Shown in pieces: positions 59,408 through 64,000 of a stretch of 64,000 nucleotides of DNA. Position 1 is the stretch's first letter. Each line of letters begins with the position of its first letter. Made by a program: the position numbers and the translations under genes. Source of the stretch: Gemmatimonadota bacterium. Its GTDB lineage: Bacteria; Gemmatimonadota; Gemmatimonadetes; Gemmatimonadales; GWC2-71-9. The stretch spans positions 56,925 through 120,924 of the forward strand of contig QHUL01000054.1 of NCBI GenBank assembly GCA_003222115.1. The letters run 5' to 3'. The notes below the pieces were generated by a model. The model saw only the letters and a list, made by a program, of their open reading frames with translations. It was not told the DNA's origin and ran no database searches.

Positions 59408-60223
59408 ATGGCGACGCTGACGCAGCCCAAGGTCGAGCAGAAGACGCTGGTTCGCTATCGCGTCGAAGACGGGCTCGGGATCGTCGAGCTGGACGATCCG
59501 CCCGCGAACACCTACACCCACGAGATGATGCGCCAGCTGGATGATGCGATCCTGCAGGCGCGCTTCGACGACACCGTCCACGTCATCGTGCTGCGCGGGC
59601 ACGGCGACAAGTTCTTCTCGGCGGGGGCGAACATCGCGTACCTGAACAGCATCACCCCCCGCTATAAGTACTTTTTCTGCCTGCATGCGAACGAGACGCT
59701 CAACCGCCTCGAGCAGACGCCCAAGCTCACGATCGCGGCGCTGAACGGCCACACCGTGGGGGGTGGGCTCGAGATCGGCATGGCGTGCGATCTGCGGCTC
59801 GCCAAGGAGAGTCAGAACAAGATCGGCCTTCCCGAGGTGAACCTGGGGGTGCTGCCCGGTACGGGCGGCACGCAGCGACTGGCCCGCATCGTGGGCAAGC
59901 CCCGCGCGATCGAGATGATGGTCAAGGGCGAGACGTTCTCGTTCGACCGGGCGAAGGAGATCGGCCTCGTGCACGAAGTCTTCCCCGCCGAGGGGTTCTG
60001 GGAGCAGGTGGTCCTTTACGCGAAGCAGTTCTGTCCGCCTAACAAGGCTTCCAAGGCGGTGGGCCTGATCAAGCGCGCCGTGCAGTCCGGGGCCGAGGTG
60101 CCGTTCGAAAGCGGGCTGACGCTCGAGCGCGAGCTGCAGCAGCAGCTGTTCCAGAGCGACGACGCGAAGGAAGGCATCGCGGCGTACGTCGAGAAGCGGG
60201 TCGCGGAGTTCCAGGGCCGGTGA
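59408..60223 (+). CDS. Enoyl-CoA hydratase/isomerase (crotonase) family protein
   Basis: FFSAGANI, GGGLEIGMACD, GLPEVNLGVLPGTGGTQRL. Confidence 0.92.
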   Translation: MATLTQPKVEQKTLVRYRVEDGLGIVELDDPPANTYTHEMMRQLDDAILQARFDDTVHVIVLRGHGDKFFSAGANIAYLNSITPRYKYFFCLHANETLNRLEQTPKLTIAALNGHTVGGGLEIGMACDLRLAKESQNKIGLPEVNLGVLPGTGGTQRLARIVGKPRAIEMMVKGETFSFDRAKEIGLVHEVFPAEGFWEQVVLYAKQFCPPNKASKAVGLIKRAVQSGAEVPFESGLTLERELQQQLFQSDDAKEGIAAYVEKRVAEFQGR

Positions 60224-60227
60224 GCCG

Positions 60228-61661
60228 GTGAAGACGGACCTCTTCATCGGGAACGCGTGGCAGCCGGCCGCGAGCGGCAAGCGCTACGGCGTGATCAATC
60301 CGGCGACCGAGGAGTGCCTCGCCGAGGTGGCCGAGGGGGACGCGGCGGACATCGACCGAGCGGTGCAGGCCGCGCGCACGTGCTTCGACTCCAAGGACTG
60401 GCAGGGGCTGTCTCCGCGCAAGCGCGGCGCCCTGCTGTTCCGGCTGGCCGACCTGCTGGAGCAGCGCGCCCAGGATTTCGCCGAGCTCGAGACGCGCAAC
60501 AACGGGAAGCCGCTGTTCGAGTCGAAGATCGACATTGCCATGGCGGTGCAGACCTACCGCTATTACGCCGGGTGGGCGGACAAGCTGACGGGCGACACGC
60601 TGCCGGTGGACGGGCCGTTCTTCGCCTACACCCTGCGCGAGCCGGTCGGCGTGGTGGGGGCGATCGTGCCGTGGAACTTCCCGCTCAACCTCGCCTCCTG
60701 GAAGATCGCGCCGGCGCTGGCCGCCGGGTGCACGGTGGTCTTGAAGCCGGCGCACGAGACCCCACTCACGGCCCTGCTGCTCGGCGACCTCGTCGTCGAG
60801 GCGGGCCTGCCGCCGGGCGCGCTCAACGTCGTGCCCGGCATGGGCACGGCGGCGGGGGCTGCGCTGGTGCGACATCCCCAGGTGGACAAGATCGCCTTCA
60901 CCGGCTCGACCGAAGTGGGCCAGTGGATCATGCGCGAGGCGGCGGGGACCGTGAAGCGCGTGACGCTCGAGCTCGGCGGCAAGAGCCCGAACATCATCTT
61001 CGCCGACGCGGACCTCGCGGCCGCCGTGCGCGGCGCCCAGACCGGGATCTTCTATGGAAAGGGCGAGGTGTGCGCGGCCGGGTCGCGGCTCCTGGTCGAG
61101 AAAGCCGTCCACGACCAGGTGGTGGAGCAGCTCGCGGAGCGGGCCAAGAAGCTCACCCCCGGCGACCCCTTCGACAAGAACACGCGGCTCGGCGCGCTCG
61201 TCTCGCAGCGCCAGCAGCAGAAGGTCCTCTCCTACATCGCGGCCGGAAAGAAGGAAGGGGCGGCGCTCGTGGCGGGGGGCAACCCGGCCCAGGTGAACGG
61301 CAAGGGGTACTTCGTCGAGGCGACCGTGTTCGACGGAGCGCGGCCCGGGATGACGATCGTGGACGAGGAGATCTTCGGGCCCGTGCTGGCGGTGCTGTCC
61401 TTCGACGACGAGGCGGAGGGGATCGGGCTCGCGAACCGCACCCTGTACGGGCTCGCCGCCGGGGTGTGGACCAGGGATGTCCAGAAGGCGCACCGCGTCG
61501 CGCGCGCGATCAAGGCCGGAACCGTGTGGGTGAACAGCTACAACTTCTACGACGCCGCGGCGCCGTTCGGCGGCTACAAGTTCTCCGGGTTCGGGCGGGA
61601 CCTCGGGAAAGCAGCGCTGGAGAGCTACACGGAGATCAAGACGGTCTGGGTTGGGCTGTGA
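60228..61661 (+). CDS. Aldehyde dehydrogenase
   Basis: PWNFP, FTGSTEVG, TLELGGKSP, GEVCAAG, EEIFGPV, FGGYKFSG. Confidence 0.95.
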   Translation: MKTDLFIGNAWQPAASGKRYGVINPATEECLAEVAEGDAADIDRAVQAARTCFDSKDWQGLSPRKRGALLFRLADLLEQRAQDFAELETRNNGKPLFESKIDIAMAVQTYRYYAGWADKLTGDTLPVDGPFFAYTLREPVGVVGAIVPWNFPLNLASWKIAPALAAGCTVVLKPAHETPLTALLLGDLVVEAGLPPGALNVVPGMGTAAGAALVRHPQVDKIAFTGSTEVGQWIMREAAGTVKRVTLELGGKSPNIIFADADLAAAVRGAQTGIFYGKGEVCAAGSRLLVEKAVHDQVVEQLAERAKKLTPGDPFDKNTRLGALVSQRQQQKVLSYIAAGKKEGAALVAGGNPAQVNGKGYFVEATVFDGARPGMTIVDEEIFGPVLAVLSFDDEAEGIGLANRTLYGLAAGVWTRDVQKAHRVARAIKAGTVWVNSYNFYDAAAPFGGYKFSGFGRDLGKAALESYTEIKTVWVGL

Positions 61662-61686
61662 GGGCGGTAGAGGGCGGTAGAGGGCG
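61661..61686. repeat. (AGGGCGGTAG)2.5 intergenic 10-mer repeat
   Basis: Read directly between the ALDH stop and the thiolase ATG. Confidence 0.8.
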
Positions 61687-61688
61687 CT

Positions 61689-62876
61689 ATGGTCGATCGC
61701 AAGGCATACATCTGTGCAGCGTTGCGAACGCCCGTCGGGAAGCACGGCGGGGCGCTGGCGCGGGTGCGCGCCGACGATCTCGCCGCCGTCCCGATCAAGG
61801 CGGTGGTCGGGCGCACGGGAATCGATCCCCGCGCGATCGACGACGTGATCCTCGGCTGCACCAACCAGGCGGGCGAAGACAACCGTAACGTTGCCCGGAT
61901 GGCGCTGCTCCTCGCCGGCCTCCCCGTAGAGGTGCCGGGGCAGACCGTGAACCGGCTGTGCGGCTCCGGGCTGCAAGCGGCGGCGAGCGCGGCCCAGGCG
62001 ATCAAGGCTGGCGAGGGGGAGGTGTTCATCGCCGGAGGCGTCGAGAACATGAGCCGCGCTCCCTATGTGATGCTCAAGCCGGGCGAATCCTGGAGCCGCA
62101 GGCCGCCCGAAGTGGCGGACACGACGGTCGGCTGGCGGTTCGCGAACCCGCGCCTCAGCACGGAGTGGACGATCTCGCTCGGCGAGACGGCCGAGGTCGT
62201 GGCGGAGCGTTACAAGATCGGCAGGGCCGAGCAGGACGCGTTCGCGGTAGAGAGCCAGCGGCGCGCCGAGCGAGCGCTCTCAGACTGCGTGTTCACCGAC
62301 GAGCTCGTTCCCGTGCCCCTCGCGGACGGCTCGAGCTTCGCGAAGGACGAGTATCCGCGGCCCGGAACGACGCTCGAGTCGGTCGCGAAGCTCAAGCCCG
62401 CGTTCCAGCAGGGCGGCACGGTGACGGCCGCGAGCTCCAGCGGGATCAACGACGGGGCGGCGGCCCTGTTGGTCACGGGCGACAAGGGCGGCAGTGGTGG
62501 CCCGGAGCCGCTGGCGCGCATCGTGGCGACCGCGGTGGCGGGCGTGGATCCCAGCTGCATGGGGCTGGGTCCCATTCCAGCGACCCAGAAGGTGCTCAAG
62601 CGGGCCGGGCTCAAAATCGACCAGATTGATCTCGTCGAGCTGAACGAGGCATTCGCCGCGCAGGCGATCGCCTGCATTCGCGAGCTCAGGCTCGACCCCG
62701 CGAAGGTAAACGTCTACGGCGGGGCGATCGCGCTGGGTCATCCGCTCGGCGCCACGGGCGCGCGGATTCTGACGACCCTCGTGCACGCCTTGCACCGTAC
62801 GAAGTCCCGTTACGGCTTATGCACGATGTGCATCGGCGTGGGCCAGGGGATCGCCATGGTGGTGGAGCGCGGGTGA
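61689..62876 (+). CDS. Thiolase (PaaJ/PcaF 3-oxoadipyl-CoA thiolase-like)
   Basis: NQAGEDNRNVARM, NRLCGSG, NEAFA, GHPLGATG, CIGVGQG. Confidence 0.92.
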   Translation: MVDRKAYICAALRTPVGKHGGALARVRADDLAAVPIKAVVGRTGIDPRAIDDVILGCTNQAGEDNRNVARMALLLAGLPVEVPGQTVNRLCGSGLQAAASAAQAIKAGEGEVFIAGGVENMSRAPYVMLKPGESWSRRPPEVADTTVGWRFANPRLSTEWTISLGETAEVVAERYKIGRAEQDAFAVESQRRAERALSDCVFTDELVPVPLADGSSFAKDEYPRPGTTLESVAKLKPAFQQGGTVTAASSSGINDGAAALLVTGDKGGSGGPEPLARIVATAVAGVDPSCMGLGPIPATQKVLKRAGLKIDQIDLVELNEAFAAQAIACIRELRLDPAKVNVYGGAIALGHPLGATGARILTTLVHALHRTKSRYGLCTMCIGVGQGIAMVVERG

Positions 62877-63631
62877 TGGCCGCGTACGACCGGGTGCTGG
62901 TCGACATCTCGGAGGGGATCGGCACACTGACCCTGAGCCGTCCCGAAAAGCTGAACGCGTTCGACCGCGAGATGTGCCGCGACCTGATCGACGCGCTGCG
63001 GATGTTGTCCGGGAGCGACCAGGTGCGCGTGATCCTCCTCACCGGCGCGGGCCGGGGGTTCTGCGCGGGCGCGGACCTCGGAACGCTGGCCGAGGGGGCG
63101 GCGGAGCTCGTCGGCGCCGGCCGAGAGGTGCCGGTCCTGATCCGCGCGGCGCCGCAGCCGGTGCTCGCCGCGGTGAACGGGCCCGCGGCGGGTGGTGGGG
63201 CGAACCTGGCGCTCGCGTGCGACTACCGCATCGCCTCGGATCAGGCGTCCATCGGACAGGTGTTCCACAAGCTCGGGCTCGTGCCCGACTGGGGCGGGAG
63301 CTTCTTCCTCCCCCGGCTCGTGGGTCCGTCCACGGCGCTGGAGCTCGTGTGGAGCGCCCGCATGGTGCCCGCCGCCGAGGCGCTGGCGCTGGGGCTGTTC
63401 GACCGCGTGGTGCCGCAGGAGCGGCTGCAGGCCGAGGCGCGGGCGCTGGCGCGGCTGTGGGCGAGCCAGCCCCCGCTCGCCGTGCGGCGCGCCAAGGAAG
63501 CGCTGTACGTCAGCGAGCAGAGCACGCTCGCCTCGATGCTCGAGCTCGAGCTGGCGCAGCAGATGGAGCTGTTCGCGACCCCCGAGGCGCAGCGGCGCAT
63601 CGGGGCATCCCGTGCCCAGAGGAGCCACTGA
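62876..63631 (+). CDS. Crotonase family protein (PaaG-like isomerase)
   Basis: RPEKLNAF, FCAGADL, AGGGANLALACD, KLGLVPDWGG (Asp type). Confidence 0.85.
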   Translation: MAAYDRVLVDISEGIGTLTLSRPEKLNAFDREMCRDLIDALRMLSGSDQVRVILLTGAGRGFCAGADLGTLAEGAAELVGAGREVPVLIRAAPQPVLAAVNGPAAGGGANLALACDYRIASDQASIGQVFHKLGLVPDWGGSFFLPRLVGPSTALELVWSARMVPAAEALALGLFDRVVPQERLQAEARALARLWASQPPLAVRRAKEALYVSEQSTLASMLELELAQQMELFATPEAQRRIGASRAQRSH

Positions 63632-64000
63632 TGGTCCGCAAGCTGAGCAACTTCGACGACTGGATCGACTACTTCCGCTACTGGCAGGACTCGATCGGCT
63701 TGCCTCAGGGTGAGCTCCGCAACTTCCAGTTCGATGCCAAGTTCGGGGATCCGGAGGTGCCGCACATCGAGTTCGGTCACTACCGGGGTCAGCGCAAGTG
63801 GCCCAGCGTGATGCACATCCCGGATCAGCGCATCCGCGACGCGCTGCTCAACCTGATCGTCTACCAGGGCGACACCGAGTTCGCCTCCGTGGAGCAGCAG
63901 CGGAATCTGCTGGGTCATGCGCCCACGGACTACGACCTGCTCGCCCTCATGCGGGTGATGACGGAGGAGATGCGGCACGGGTGGCAGATGTCCTACCTCC
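63631..64000 (+). CDS. BoxB-like di-iron aryl-CoA epoxidase subunit, short form; partial at the window end
   Basis: Manual translation MVRKLSNFDDWIDYF...LIVYQGDTEFASVEQQR..APTDYD..EEMRHGWQMSYL resembles BoxB QGDTEPASVEQQR and EExRH iron ligands. Absent from the ORF track. Confidence 0.8.
   Translation, partial: MVRKLSNFDDWIDYFRYWQDSIGLPQGELRNFQFDAKFGDPEVPHIEFGHYRGQRKWPSVMHIPDQRIRDALLNLIVYQGDTEFASVEQQRNLLGHAPTDYDLLALMRVMTEEMRHGWQMSYL

Overview
High-GC bacterial chromosome segment. Gene content and style are consistent with Gemmatimonadota; this is an inference, not a database result. 1-49.4 kb is mostly core genome: a complete nuoA-N operon, dcd, an M28 peptidase, a degenerate periplasmic binding protein plus hybrid histidine kinase, NDH-2, panD, sdhCAB, mdh, moaADE, an M61 peptidase, HU, and a long minus-strand run (icd-pepA-TonB-plug OMP, then yicC-gmk-rpoZ-coaBC-udg-dnaB-radA-ispD-tsaC-LMW phosphatase-aroE-comF-gap-pgk-tpiA-secG-carA). 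49.5-57.0 kb is an accessory patch around tRNA-Leu(CAA). It holds a frameshifted S8 protease, a four-gene putative metal-handling operon led by a His/Cys/Pro-rich leader ORF, an Ig-like lipoprotein, a 7-heme cytochrome c, and three divergent paralogs of a small zinc-ribbon protein I cannot assign (WAR..LRRGAWY..CPxC..CxxC), each preceded by a CRP/FNR-like box. 57.1-64 kb holds an ECF sigma/anti-sigma/Spy-like triad and a PaaR-like-regulated aryl-CoA catabolic operon ending in a short BoxB-like di-iron protein cut by the window edge. Short 6-13 nt tandem or inverted repeats are scattered throughout, several translated in-frame inside conserved genes. No CRISPR array, rRNA, integrase or transposase was seen.
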